Virus record (IMG/VR): IMGVR_UViG_3300025574_000001
Coordinates: 7,328 to 71,327 of that record
Source: a virus
DNA length: 64,000 bases
Strand: one strand, 5' to 3'
The notes under the pieces were generated by a model. The model did no database searches. It was not told where the DNA came from and saw only the letters and a program-made list of their open reading frames with translations. Each line of letters starts with the position of its first letter. Positions within the stretch are counted from its first letter, which is position 1. Below are positions 19,833 to 28,551 of the stretch, in pieces. Position numbers and translations under genes: made by a program.

Positions 19833-21146
19833 ATGACGATGGGTAAGAGAATCGGATACGCGAAGTTAGGGCGTTCAATGCCACTTGTTGCTAGTGAAGG
19901 CGACTTCAGTGATGATGAACCTGCACGTGTGTTACGTGATCTTGCCCATCGTCACCCGGAGGATGAATTCGTTATTCTTGGATTCAATTCATGTGATGAC
20001 AATGCAACAGCACGTATGCCCGACAACGTTGTGAACCCGTGGCATGATGGGTGGCGTGATTCATTGAAAGAATTAAGAACGGGTTGGAAGGCGCCACTAG
20101 GACCAGAGAATCAGATGAAGATACAAGATTGGGGTGACGCAAACATTCTCCCATGGTTTCGTTCGTGTGATGCTGTGATCATCTGGCTTGGACAACATGG
20201 GAACACGAATAGTTTTATCCCGCCAGCAAATGGGTTGTGGTCTGATGGTGCAGTTAAACTTCACGACGAATACCTTTCGTATGGAAGTTACTGTGTACGT
20301 GGTGTGAATGCATTTCGTCAAGCCGACCCACTCACACGTGAAGAAATTTATCTAGTCGCTGACGGACGTAATCATTTGAAAGCACGTGACACAAAGTGGC
20401 CACTTAAGCATCCGATTCAGGGACAATACATTTGGTCACGTAAGACGAAGTTTGAACGTTATGGCGATACACGATCACCCGAAGAGTGTGGGTTCCCAGA
20501 AGCAGAGTGGGACAACGATCACATATGGATGGCCGATGTGAAGTATGAATACACACGTCTTGAAATCTCAGGCATCCTTCCCTGGGAAGTTGACATTCGT
20601 TACTCTGAGGAATTTGATTCACGACGTCACTTTGGTCTTTTCATCAATGAGGCAAGAGCGTATGTTGGCGTGTCACGTCTTAAGGCGATGCAAGAGTACG
20701 TGTTACAACTAAACCCGGTGTTCATTCATGGAAAATGGGGTAAGGAATCATTAGCCGTTCTTGGCTTTGATATTCAGCAAGCGCCCGCAACGATTTACTA
20801 TGACATCTTACGTTCTGTGAAGTGTACGTTCTCAACACCTTCATCAGGTACGGGTTGGGCAACGACGAAACCGTGGCAAGGTTTCGGTTGCGGGACCGTG
20901 ACGTTCTTTCATCCGAAATACGACACACAAGACAACATCCTTGGTGATGCACCCAAGGAACTTCGCGATTGGCTTCGTGTCACATCACCTGAACAATTGA
21001 AAAAGCGCGTGGAACATCTTGACACTCACTATGACGATTGGCTTTGGATTATCCGCGAACAGAAAAAGCATTATGATACGGCAGTTGCAGAGATGAGACA
21101 CATCAAAAAAATTGAGGAGAGAATATATGGTAATGACAATGGATGA
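19833..21146 (+). CDS. T4 beta-glucosyltransferase-like DNA glycosyltransferase (GT-B)
   Basis: Motifs collinear with T4 BGT as recalled: YLVADGR vs YLFTDIR (catalytic Asp100), TTKPWQ..YDTQ vs TLRVWE..FDTK, and VTSPEQLKKRVEHL vs VNNRAELIDRVNEL. Confidence 0.75.
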   Translation: MTMGKRIGYAKLGRSMPLVASEGDFSDDEPARVLRDLAHRHPEDEFVILGFNSCDDNATARMPDNVVNPWHDGWRDSLKELRTGWKAPLGPENQMKIQDWGDANILPWFRSCDAVIIWLGQHGNTNSFIPPANGLWSDGAVKLHDEYLSYGSYCVRGVNAFRQADPLTREEIYLVADGRNHLKARDTKWPLKHPIQGQYIWSRKTKFERYGDTRSPEECGFPEAEWDNDHIWMADVKYEYTRLEISGILPWEVDIRYSEEFDSRRHFGLFINEARAYVGVSRLKAMQEYVLQLNPVFIHGKWGKESLAVLGFDIQQAPATIYYDILRSVKCTFSTPSSGTGWATTKPWQGFGCGTVTFFHPKYDTQDNILGDAPKELRDWLRVTSPEQLKKRVEHLDTHYDDWLWIIREQKKHYDTAVAEMRHIKKIEERIYGNDNG

Positions 21147-22218
21147 AACGACGACACACATCAAAGAACCACCGAAAAAATTGGACATAGCAATTGTGTC
21201 CACATCAATCAATGAAGCACCAGTGGCGTATGCGAAGTGGGCAAAGTTAGGACGCTTAATTATTGCGGGTGACAAGAACACACCACCTACACTTGAACAC
21301 TACATCAAATCCCTGGGTGAACAACACCAGTACATACCGCCGGCGCAACAAGATCGATGGGAATCGAGTGAAGTGATTGGGTGGCATAACATCCAACGTC
21401 GCAACATTGCAATCCTCGAGGCGATTAAGTCAGATGTTGATTACATCATCACAGTGGATGACGACAACATCCCACTTCAAAACATTGATCTTATACTCTC
21501 TGCATTTGAAAATTCTCACGCACTACACGTTAGTTCAGCACTAGGTTGGTACGACCCGTGTCGTGAACTTATCCCCGCTGTGTGGCATCGTGGATTCCCA
21601 TATTCTTTTCGCAATCAGCAAGGTAAGCAAGGAGTTGAGTCGCTTGAACGATATGACGTGATAAAAGTGCCAATAGGTGTTGTGGCGGCAACGTGGTTGG
21701 GTGAACCTGATGTTGGTGCAATTGACCGCATCACGAATCACGTACTTGTTCAAGGACATCACGCCACTCTGTTAGACCCGGGTGTTGTGCTACAACCAGG
21801 AACGTGGTGTCCGTTCAATTCGCAAGCAACAGCGTGGCGTGCAGAGTACGCTTCACTGATGATGTGCTGGCCTGGTGTTGGTCGATTCGATGACATCTTC
21901 GCAAGTTTTGCAGCGCGTCGAGTGTTGGATGAATTGGGTGTTGGTGTGAAGTATGTGCAACCACTTGTGCGTCAAGATCGCAATGAACACGATTCATTCG
22001 TTGACCTTGAGAATGAAATGTTTGGCTACAAACATCAAGATGAGTTGTGCGAACTTCTTCGTGCAGTTGACTTACGTGGTATAGATGACGTGCAAGATAT
22101 GCAACATCACGTCTATGATGCTCTTAGTGGCGCTAGATTTTTACCACATAGAACTATTGAATCATTTGAGTGTTGGATGAACGACGTTAAGACAGCGGAA
22201 AAGGAGCGTGCAGTATGA
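21127..22218 (+). CDS. GT75/RGP (UDP-arabinopyranose mutase)- or STELLO-like protein
   Basis: IITVDDDN, HRGFPYSFR, WLGEPDVGA, GTWCPFNSQ and GRFDDIFA match RGP IYTIDDDC, VRGYPFSLR, WLNIPDYDA and GRYDDMWA. Confidence 0.75.
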   Translation: MVMTMDETTTHIKEPPKKLDIAIVSTSINEAPVAYAKWAKLGRLIIAGDKNTPPTLEHYIKSLGEQHQYIPPAQQDRWESSEVIGWHNIQRRNIAILEAIKSDVDYIITVDDDNIPLQNIDLILSAFENSHALHVSSALGWYDPCRELIPAVWHRGFPYSFRNQQGKQGVESLERYDVIKVPIGVVAATWLGEPDVGAIDRITNHVLVQGHHATLLDPGVVLQPGTWCPFNSQATAWRAEYASLMMCWPGVGRFDDIFASFAARRVLDELGVGVKYVQPLVRQDRNEHDSFVDLENEMFGYKHQDELCELLRAVDLRGIDDVQDMQHHVYDALSGARFLPHRTIESFECWMNDVKTAEKERAV

Positions 22219-23183
22219 AGATAGCGGTTACGGGTGCAGGTGGATTCATTGGTGGTCACCTTGTCAATCAGTTGTTGAATGATGGACACCAAGTTTCGGC
22301 GTATGACATTAAGCCGTTAAGAGAATGGCAACAAGTTCGTGGCGATGCGCGTAATCATCCTCTTGTTGATGTTGGTATGAACAATGCTGATTTTGATTTT
22401 GAAGATATGGATGAAGTGTATCAACTTGCAGCCGACATGGGCGGGTTGGGATTCATTCAAAACAACAAAGCACGATGCATGCTATCGGTTCTTGCATCAA
22501 CGAACACATTGTTAAAAGCCAATGAAGCGGGTGTAGGTCGATTCTTTTACCCATCATCAGCGTGTGCGTACCCAGCGGGTGTGCAGACTGAAATTGATTC
22601 ACCGCCAATTAAAGAAAGCGACATATACCCGGCGATGCCAGAGGATGGGTACGGCTGGGAGAAGTTATTCAGTGAGCGAATGTGTAATCACTTCTATGAA
22701 GACTTCGGTCTTGAAACACGTGTGGCGCGATACCACAACACATACGGCCCATGGGGTGAATGGGAAGGTGGTCGTGACAAGGCTCCCGCGGCAATGTGTA
22801 GGAAAGTCGCAATCGCTAAGTTGTCAAAGAGTCATGAAGTTGAAGTATGGGGTGATGGAATGCAAACACGAACGTTCACATACATTGATGATTGTCTAAA
22901 AGGCACAGTGATGTTGACGCGAAGTGACGTGCATGAACCCGTGAACCTTGGTTCCGCGGAACTCATATCCATCAATGATCTGGCGAATCTCACTGCACTT
23001 ATTGCCGGCGTGAACATCCACATACGTCATATCCCCGGCGCGTTGGGCGTGCGAGGTCGATGCAGTGACAACACACTCATCAATAAGTTATTTGACTGGG
23101 AACCTAGCATTTCATTAAGTGAAGGAATGGAACGCACTTATGAATGGGTTTATAATCAGGTGAAGGCAAAATATTTCTCATGA
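22215..23183 (+). CDS. GDP-mannose 3,5-epimerase-like NAD-dependent epimerase
   Basis: VTGAGGFIG, QLAADMGGLGFI, SSACAYP, YGWEK and GGRDKAPAAMCRK, all GME-type motifs. Confidence 0.88.
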   Translation: MKIAVTGAGGFIGGHLVNQLLNDGHQVSAYDIKPLREWQQVRGDARNHPLVDVGMNNADFDFEDMDEVYQLAADMGGLGFIQNNKARCMLSVLASTNTLLKANEAGVGRFFYPSSACAYPAGVQTEIDSPPIKESDIYPAMPEDGYGWEKLFSERMCNHFYEDFGLETRVARYHNTYGPWGEWEGGRDKAPAAMCRKVAIAKLSKSHEVEVWGDGMQTRTFTYIDDCLKGTVMLTRSDVHEPVNLGSAELISINDLANLTALIAGVNIHIRHIPGALGVRGRCSDNTLINKLFDWEPSISLSEGMERTYEWVYNQVKAKYFS

Positions 23184-23548
23184 TAACTGGCAATTGTGTT
23201 AAGTGTGGCACATGGCGACAGTCACTTCATCGTGATCATATCATTGCAAAGTGCAATGGTGGAAGTGATGATCCCAGTAACATCCAGTTGTTGTGCGCGA
23301 ATTGTCATGAAGACAAAACACGTGAAGATTTAACAGGTCGAACAATAAGTGAAGAAACACGTGCCAAAATAAAAGGTCATCCTCATCGTGGTCCTAAACA
23401 TCATTCACCAGAAACACGTGCAAAAATAGGTGAAGCGCGAAAAGGACAAGTGTTCACGCCAGAGACACGGGCGAAGATGAGTACATCAGCAAAAGAATCA
23501 TCTAAACGCGGATGGGAAACACGACGAAGAAATGAGAGAAAAACATGA
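23180..23548 (+). CDS. HNH endonuclease with NUMOD3 repeats
   Basis: CVKC...HRDHIIAKCNGGSDDPSNIQLLCANCH, plus ETRAKI/ETRAKM repeats. Confidence 0.88.
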   Translation: MITGNCVKCGTWRQSLHRDHIIAKCNGGSDDPSNIQLLCANCHEDKTREDLTGRTISEETRAKIKGHPHRGPKHHSPETRAKIGEARKGQVFTPETRAKMSTSAKESSKRGWETRRRNERKT

Positions 23549-24021
23549 CATTCACACCACCCGAATCAGATGACTACACATTCAGTGAGTGGCTTGACTC
23601 CACAACTGAATTGCAAGTGGGCGCATACGGAATCAACCCGGGGAAATTGCAGGGTGAAGCGTTGAAAGGATGGTGTGCAATCAACGTTCTTGCAGCCACT
23701 GATGAACTTCACGAATTCTTACAGGAAGTGCCGTGGAAGCCGTGGGCATCAGGTATGCAAATCAATCGTGATGCAGCCATCAGTGAAATCGTTGACACCA
23801 TGCACTTCATCTCAAACTTGTTGGCGACATTCGACGTCACAGGTGAAGAACTTACACGTGTGTATAAGGCAAAGCAAATTCGCAACGCACAACGTCAAGC
23901 CGAAGGCTACACGGGATTGGACAAGTGTTCAGGTTGTCACCGCGACAAACAAGAAGTCGGCGGATGCATACATGAACAAGGTCCAATGACGTGCAATGGT
24001 TGTGGGACGGTGTGGCTGTGA
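23545..24021 (+). CDS. Dimeric dUTPase/dCTPase (T4 gp56-like, MazG superfamily)
   Basis: DELHEFLQEVPWKPW...EIVDTMHF...YKAKQIRNAQRQAEGY. Confidence 0.85.
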   Translation: MTFTPPESDDYTFSEWLDSTTELQVGAYGINPGKLQGEALKGWCAINVLAATDELHEFLQEVPWKPWASGMQINRDAAISEIVDTMHFISNLLATFDVTGEELTRVYKAKQIRNAQRQAEGYTGLDKCSGCHRDKQEVGGCIHEQGPMTCNGCGTVWL

Positions 24022-24398
24022 GTACGCGAACACATCAAAAAGTTTTTCTAACAAATAATGGTGATGGGCCGTGGCCTTGTCACTTTTGCAAAGAACTTGT
24101 GTATGGACCTATTCCAAATGGAAAAACAAAATATGTTGCTATTGTTCATCACATTGATGAAGATCGTTCTAACAATGACAAATTGAATCTTGTAGTGGCT
24201 CATCACAGTTGCCATTCTTCATATCACGCAACTCATCCACCAAATGATGTTACACAAAGTGACCAAGCCAAACGAGGTTGGAAGACACGAAAACTTCAAG
24301 GAAATAATCTTGCTAATGCATACTGCACAACACGTGGTATGAAACGCAGCAACGCAACAAGTAAGGGTTGGATAACGCGAAAGAGGAATGCATTATGA
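24018..24398 (+). CDS. HNH endonuclease
   Basis: GPWPCHFC...VHHIDEDRSNNDKLNL..AHHSCHSSYH. GTG start overlaps the upstream stop. Confidence 0.8.
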   Translation: MSTRTHQKVFLTNNGDGPWPCHFCKELVYGPIPNGKTKYVAIVHHIDEDRSNNDKLNLVVAHHSCHSSYHATHPPNDVTQSDQAKRGWKTRKLQGNNLANAYCTTRGMKRSNATSKGWITRKRNAL

Positions 24399-25609
24399 CA
24401 AAGTCAACTCACACAGCCATTGATGTACAAGGTTTCGCTGGCGGGTTCACACTGGGAATGGTGCAGGCAGGTTTCACACTTGTTTCAAAATGCGAAATGA
24501 AGGGTGCATTCGGTGCAGCCAACTGTGAAGCGAATCGTCATCTTCTTGGCAACAAGTGGGATCTTCAAGTTGGGCCACAGGAGAGTTGGGAAAACCGAGG
24601 TGCTGAAGTTCAGTTTGGCAATCCTCCGTGTAGTGCGTTCAGTCCTCTTAGCGCGAAATCGTTTCGTGGTATGAACAGTCCTATCGCCCACTGTATGTGG
24701 GCAGAAAGTCAGTACGCCGCACGTGCAATGCCATATGTGATGATCTTTGAGTCTGTGCAACAGGCTTACAATCAAGGTCTCCCGATGATGCGCGATATTC
24801 GCACGTGGCTTGAACACGAATCAAAAACGAAGTGGGAACTGTATCACGTCCTTCATAACAATGCCGGCCTAGGTGGTGCGTCAATTCGTAAGCGATATTT
24901 CTATGTGGTGTCGCGTATCCCATTTGGTGTTGATGAACCACACATCACACGTGTGCCAGTTCTTAAGGATGTGTTAGGTGATCTAATGGGACTGGGTCAG
25001 ACGTGGGAAGCCCAAGCCTATCGACGTCAACCATCGTGGTGGGCAAAGCCAATGCGTTCAAAGTTGAATGTTGTGGATGGTCACATCGGTCGCAACAACG
25101 CAGTGGATGTGTTGCGTGTATTGCAACTTCTTGACGCTGTGCCGTGGGGTGAAGGTGAAGTTGTTGGGCAAGTCGCGAAAAGGTACTATGAACAGTACGG
25201 CGAACTTCCTGATCTCTGGACCAACACGCAGAAGTGGGTGGACAAGGATTGGCAGATGGGATTTCACCAACCCATCAAAATGAAATGGGACAAGATGGCG
25301 CGAGTGATCACAGGCGCAGTGTTGCATAAGAACATTCACCCACGGGAGAATCGGTTTCTTACACATCGCGAGGCTGCACGAATTCAAGGGTTTCCTGATG
25401 ACTGGAACATTCGCCCGTTGCGTGGCGTGAGTGGATTAAGCGCAACGTGGGGCAAGGGTATCCCAGTGCAAGCGGGCAAGTGGATTGGAACAGCGATTAA
25501 GAATGCACTTGACGACAACCCGCAGGAATATCAAGGTGAATTGATTGGAGAGAGGGAACACGTCATCGACTGGACTAACACATATCGAAAATTCACGACT
25601 GAACGGTAG
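24395..25609 (+). CDS. C5-cytosine methyltransferase-fold protein (divergent)
   Basis: GNPPCSAFS (motif IV), FESV (VI), SIRKR (VIII) and REAARIQGFPD (IX). Motif I DVQGFAGG and motif X WGKGIP are non-canonical. Confidence 0.8.
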   Translation: MTKSTHTAIDVQGFAGGFTLGMVQAGFTLVSKCEMKGAFGAANCEANRHLLGNKWDLQVGPQESWENRGAEVQFGNPPCSAFSPLSAKSFRGMNSPIAHCMWAESQYAARAMPYVMIFESVQQAYNQGLPMMRDIRTWLEHESKTKWELYHVLHNNAGLGGASIRKRYFYVVSRIPFGVDEPHITRVPVLKDVLGDLMGLGQTWEAQAYRRQPSWWAKPMRSKLNVVDGHIGRNNAVDVLRVLQLLDAVPWGEGEVVGQVAKRYYEQYGELPDLWTNTQKWVDKDWQMGFHQPIKMKWDKMARVITGAVLHKNIHPRENRFLTHREAARIQGFPDDWNIRPLRGVSGLSATWGKGIPVQAGKWIGTAIKNALDDNPQEYQGELIGEREHVIDWTNTYRKFTTER

Positions 25610-25630
25610 GTCAAAAATCTCCCTGAAAAG

Positions 25631-25684
25631 ACCATTTTTTAATGGTATTTAGTGTCCACTATTTAGTGAAAACTTGATAGTATT
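25631..25684 (+). promoter_or_regulatory. Putative promoter/operator region
   Basis: Intergenic. Inverted repeats ACCATT-TTTT-AATGGT and CACTA-TT-TAGTG, TATTTAGT twice, and a TAGTAT -10-like hexamer. Confidence 0.45.
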
Positions 25685-25716
25685 GGATTGACCACCAAAA
25701 CGGAGGTCAGGACGAA

Positions 25717-26547
25717 ATGACGAAAGGAACAAAGATGGCAGATTTCCAAGATGACACGACTGAAAAGTATGCAACCCGAATCGCTAAGTTGTTGGCGAAG
25801 GCGGAGAGTACATCCAGTCAAGAAGAGGCTGACAGTTTCTTCACCAAGGCGCAGGCCTTGATGACCGAACACAACATCACCGTGCAGATGATTGCACAAG
25901 CCGGTGGTGCCAATGTTTCAGACACTCTTGCAGATGGTGAAATGATTTTCACCGGGATTTTCATGAAGCAGACAATGCACCTTGCATTCCGCGTTGGCGA
26001 ATACAACAACGTGGAGTGCGTGTACAGTCAGCGTGACGATTACGTTGATGGCAAGCGCAAGAAGTACATTCGTGTTGGGATGTTTGGATTCAAGAGTGAT
26101 ATCGCCAATGTCGAACTGCTTGTCACGTCACTTCAACTGCAATGCGCGCAAGCAATGCAGCGTTGGGCGAAGGACGAGGAAGCGTTGCAGTTTGGAACTG
26201 CCATGGAGAAGTTCAAGGAAAAGCGAGAATTCATTCTTGGATTCCAGTCCACCATTGCCCGTCGTCTTCGTGAAGGTCGTGATGCTGGTCGTCGCGCCGC
26301 TGCCGAAGCCGCGACTGCACGAGGCGTTCAAGATGCCACGTCATCCGTTGCACTCGTTGTTCAGTCAAAGGAACAATTGGTCCGTGACGGGTTCAAGAAA
26401 AGGTACCCACGCCTGGGCAAGGGTCGCATTGGTGCGACGTCACCGGGTAGTGGTGCTGCACGTGCTGCGGGTAACGCGGCTGGTGCGAAGGCAAACCTCG
26501 GTGGTGGCAAGGCAGTCACGGGTGGCGGAAAGGCGATAGGACGATGA
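25717..26547 (+). CDS. DUF2786-like protein
   Basis: RIAKLLAKAESTSSQEEADSFFTKAQALMTEHNI. Alternative start at 25735. Confidence 0.8.
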   Translation: MTKGTKMADFQDDTTEKYATRIAKLLAKAESTSSQEEADSFFTKAQALMTEHNITVQMIAQAGGANVSDTLADGEMIFTGIFMKQTMHLAFRVGEYNNVECVYSQRDDYVDGKRKKYIRVGMFGFKSDIANVELLVTSLQLQCAQAMQRWAKDEEALQFGTAMEKFKEKREFILGFQSTIARRLREGRDAGRRAAAEAATARGVQDATSSVALVVQSKEQLVRDGFKKRYPRLGKGRIGATSPGSGAARAAGNAAGAKANLGGGKAVTGGGKAIGR

Positions 26548-27167
26548 CCGAACGTCGACCCGAACAACACTGTCCCAAGTGTGACGGAACGAACATCTTC
26601 TACAGTTTGATTACTGTGGGTGGGATGTTGTGCCGTGAATGCAACTACGGGTTTGTGGACAGTCGAAACCCAGTCACACGGGTGGAGGTGCCGACACAGG
26701 CACCTGCACCCGTCACGCCGAAGACGGTCAAGATTCCAGAGGGAACATACACGATCACCAATTTGAACAAGATGACTGGTGATCTTGACGAGGTTGACAA
26801 CGATTACGTGACACTCCGCGTAGAGAAGGCAACGTTCATCAAGGATGAGGATAAGTTGATGGTGTCGTATCTTATGGGATCCGACAACGAAGTGTCATAC
26901 AAAGGTTTCGCGTTTGTCAATGCAACCGGGATTGCGGTGTGGAGTCGATTCAAGAGTGATTCACGAATCGTTCAGGCTGCCAAGATCCTGTGGAACATTG
27001 CACAGCACGAGGCTGGATTGATTGACGCCCATGAACTGTTTCTCGAGGTTGCGGAGGCATACGCTTTGCGTAGCGGTCAGTGCATGCGTTGTGGTCGTAA
27101 GTTGACTGTACCCGCGTCACTGCATCGCGGCCTGGGTCCAGTGTGCGCCGGAATCGAAGGTGTGTAA
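26544..27167 (+). CDS. DUF6011-like Zn-finger protein
   Basis: C-terminal CMRCGRKLTVPASLHRGLGPVC and N-terminal CPKC..CREC. Confidence 0.75.
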   Translation: MTERRPEQHCPKCDGTNIFYSLITVGGMLCRECNYGFVDSRNPVTRVEVPTQAPAPVTPKTVKIPEGTYTITNLNKMTGDLDEVDNDYVTLRVEKATFIKDEDKLMVSYLMGSDNEVSYKGFAFVNATGIAVWSRFKSDSRIVQAAKILWNIAQHEAGLIDAHELFLEVAEAYALRSGQCMRCGRKLTVPASLHRGLGPVCAGIEGV

Positions 27168-27200
27168 TGCAATATCCAAACAAGACAAAGGAGATGTAAG

Positions 27201-27374
27201 ATGGCTGCAAAGAATGTGACAATCAAGTTCAAGAAGGAGAAGGAAACGAAAGGAACTTTCCGATACACGGAGGAAGGTGATGAGACGAAGGTTGGCAGTC
27301 TCTACCTCAAGAAGGCTGCGGCAACGGAACTGGGCAACCCAGAATCGTTGACTGTCGTTATCACGGCAGCATGA
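27201..27374 (+). CDS. Small hypothetical protein (57 aa)
   Basis: MAAKNVTIKFKKEKETKGTFRY... Has an AAGGAG RBS and ATGA coupling. Not in the supplied ORF track. Confidence 0.6.
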   Translation: MAAKNVTIKFKKEKETKGTFRYTEEGDETKVGSLYLKKAAATELGNPESLTVVITAA

Positions 27375-27610
27375 TGGCGAGTGATGAGGCGTTTGAAACC
27401 AGTGAAGGTGAACTGCGGCAGATGGGTTGGCTCTCTCCTGAAGATCGAAAGATCATCGCGACGGGAGTTGACTATCTGGCGACGACTCATCACGAAGGTC
27501 AGCACACCGCAATGATTCAGCAAGGTATGCGCACAGTGACTGGGTGTGATGCCAAGAGTTGTAAGTATGCCACTGAACTACTGACGTGGCTTAAGACAGA
27601 AAGGACGTGA
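27371..27610 (+). CDS. Hypothetical protein
   Basis: 79 aa ORF coupled by overlaps on both sides. Confidence 0.55.
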   Translation: MMASDEAFETSEGELRQMGWLSPEDRKIIATGVDYLATTHHEGQHTAMIQQGMRTVTGCDAKSCKYATELLTWLKTERT

Positions 27611-28182
27611 AGAATATGGTCACACCGACTGATGCACAGATTGTTAGCACTGCATTCACAGATGAACCGATGACACTGCAACAACTTGTCCATAGGACGG
27701 GTCTTACGAAGTTGCGCGTGAACAACGCGCTTGATGAACTGGTGGATGCAGGTCGCATTCACACAGGATCCAACAACACATGGAGCCTTAAGCCCATGAG
27801 AAGGAGTGCAACTGCAATGTCGAATATCCCAGTCCCACCATCCCCACCCGCTAAGAAAGCGCCAGCGGCTAAGAAGGCAGCCAAGAAGGTGCCAGCGAAG
27901 AAGGCACCTGCAAAGAAGGTGGCGAAGGCTGCCAAGAAGGCGCCCGCAAAAACAAAGGGAGTCGTCAAGAGCCACAGCGATATTGAAGAGCGTGACAACA
28001 CCGCGCTTACGATTATCGCCAAGGCAAAGGACGGGCTCACGAAGGATGAACTGACGGAGGCCATGAAGTTGGAAGCCGGGTTGGTCAACATGTCCATCTA
28101 CCGTTTGCAGCGTGACGGTAAGATTGCCAAGAACGCGGGTGTCAAAGGCGAAGGACGCCAAGTCAAGTGGGTTGCTGTTTAA
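27607..28182 (+). CDS. Two winged-HTH domains joined by a histone H1-like AKK repeat
   Basis: MTLQQLVHRTGLTKLRVNNALDEL, then PAKKAPAAKKAAKKVPAKKAPAKK, then LTKDELTEAMKLEAGLVNMSIYRL. Confidence 0.7.
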   Translation: MKNMVTPTDAQIVSTAFTDEPMTLQQLVHRTGLTKLRVNNALDELVDAGRIHTGSNNTWSLKPMRRSATAMSNIPVPPSPPAKKAPAAKKAAKKVPAKKAPAKKVAKAAKKAPAKTKGVVKSHSDIEERDNTALTIIAKAKDGLTKDELTEAMKLEAGLVNMSIYRLQRDGKIAKNAGVKGEGRQVKWVAV

Positions 28183-28199
28183 CCCAACAAAAAATCGGA

Positions 28200-28239
28200 G
28201 GGAGCAGGTCGTGGGACTACACGCGACCTGCTCCCTTTT
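28200..28239 (+). terminator. Intrinsic terminator
   Basis: 12-bp stem GGGAGCAGGTCG / CGACCTGCTCCC followed by TTTT. Confidence 0.8.
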
Positions 28240-28257
28240 GAATTGAAGGAGAGAAAG

Positions 28258-28431
28258 ATGACATGTGAATTCAAAATTGAAGGTGAAGACGGAGAGAGTA
28301 TGAATTGTGCTCTTGCGGAGAGTTGCACATGGCCTTCATGTGAATCACTCCCTCTTAACCCAGTCGAATTCCCACTGGGACCACCCACAATCAGCGGCAC
28401 AGATGTTGTGAAGGACGTGGATCTTACTTAA
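28258..28431 (+). CDS. Hypothetical protein
   Basis: 57 aa ORF with a GAAGGAG RBS. Confidence 0.45.
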   Translation: MTCEFKIEGEDGESMNCALAESCTWPSCESLPLNPVEFPLGPPTISGTDVVKDVDLT

Positions 28432-28551
28432 GATCAAAGATGCGCGTTGCAGAGTTGCTGCACGACTGAAAAACGATTATTGTTTTGCTACTCGACTATT
28501 CGACGAACGACAAATGAAGGCACACTATGAACTGTATGTGTATGGGTCACC

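Noticed and set aside
19833-25609. 7-deazaguanine or TET-dependent modification
   Set aside because: No folE, queC, queD, queE, dpdA or 2OG-Fe(II) dioxygenase motifs were recognised in the window.
28190-28245. tRNA-like structure
   Set aside because: It is a single 12-bp hairpin plus a T tract with no cloverleaf or T-loop, so it is read as a terminator.
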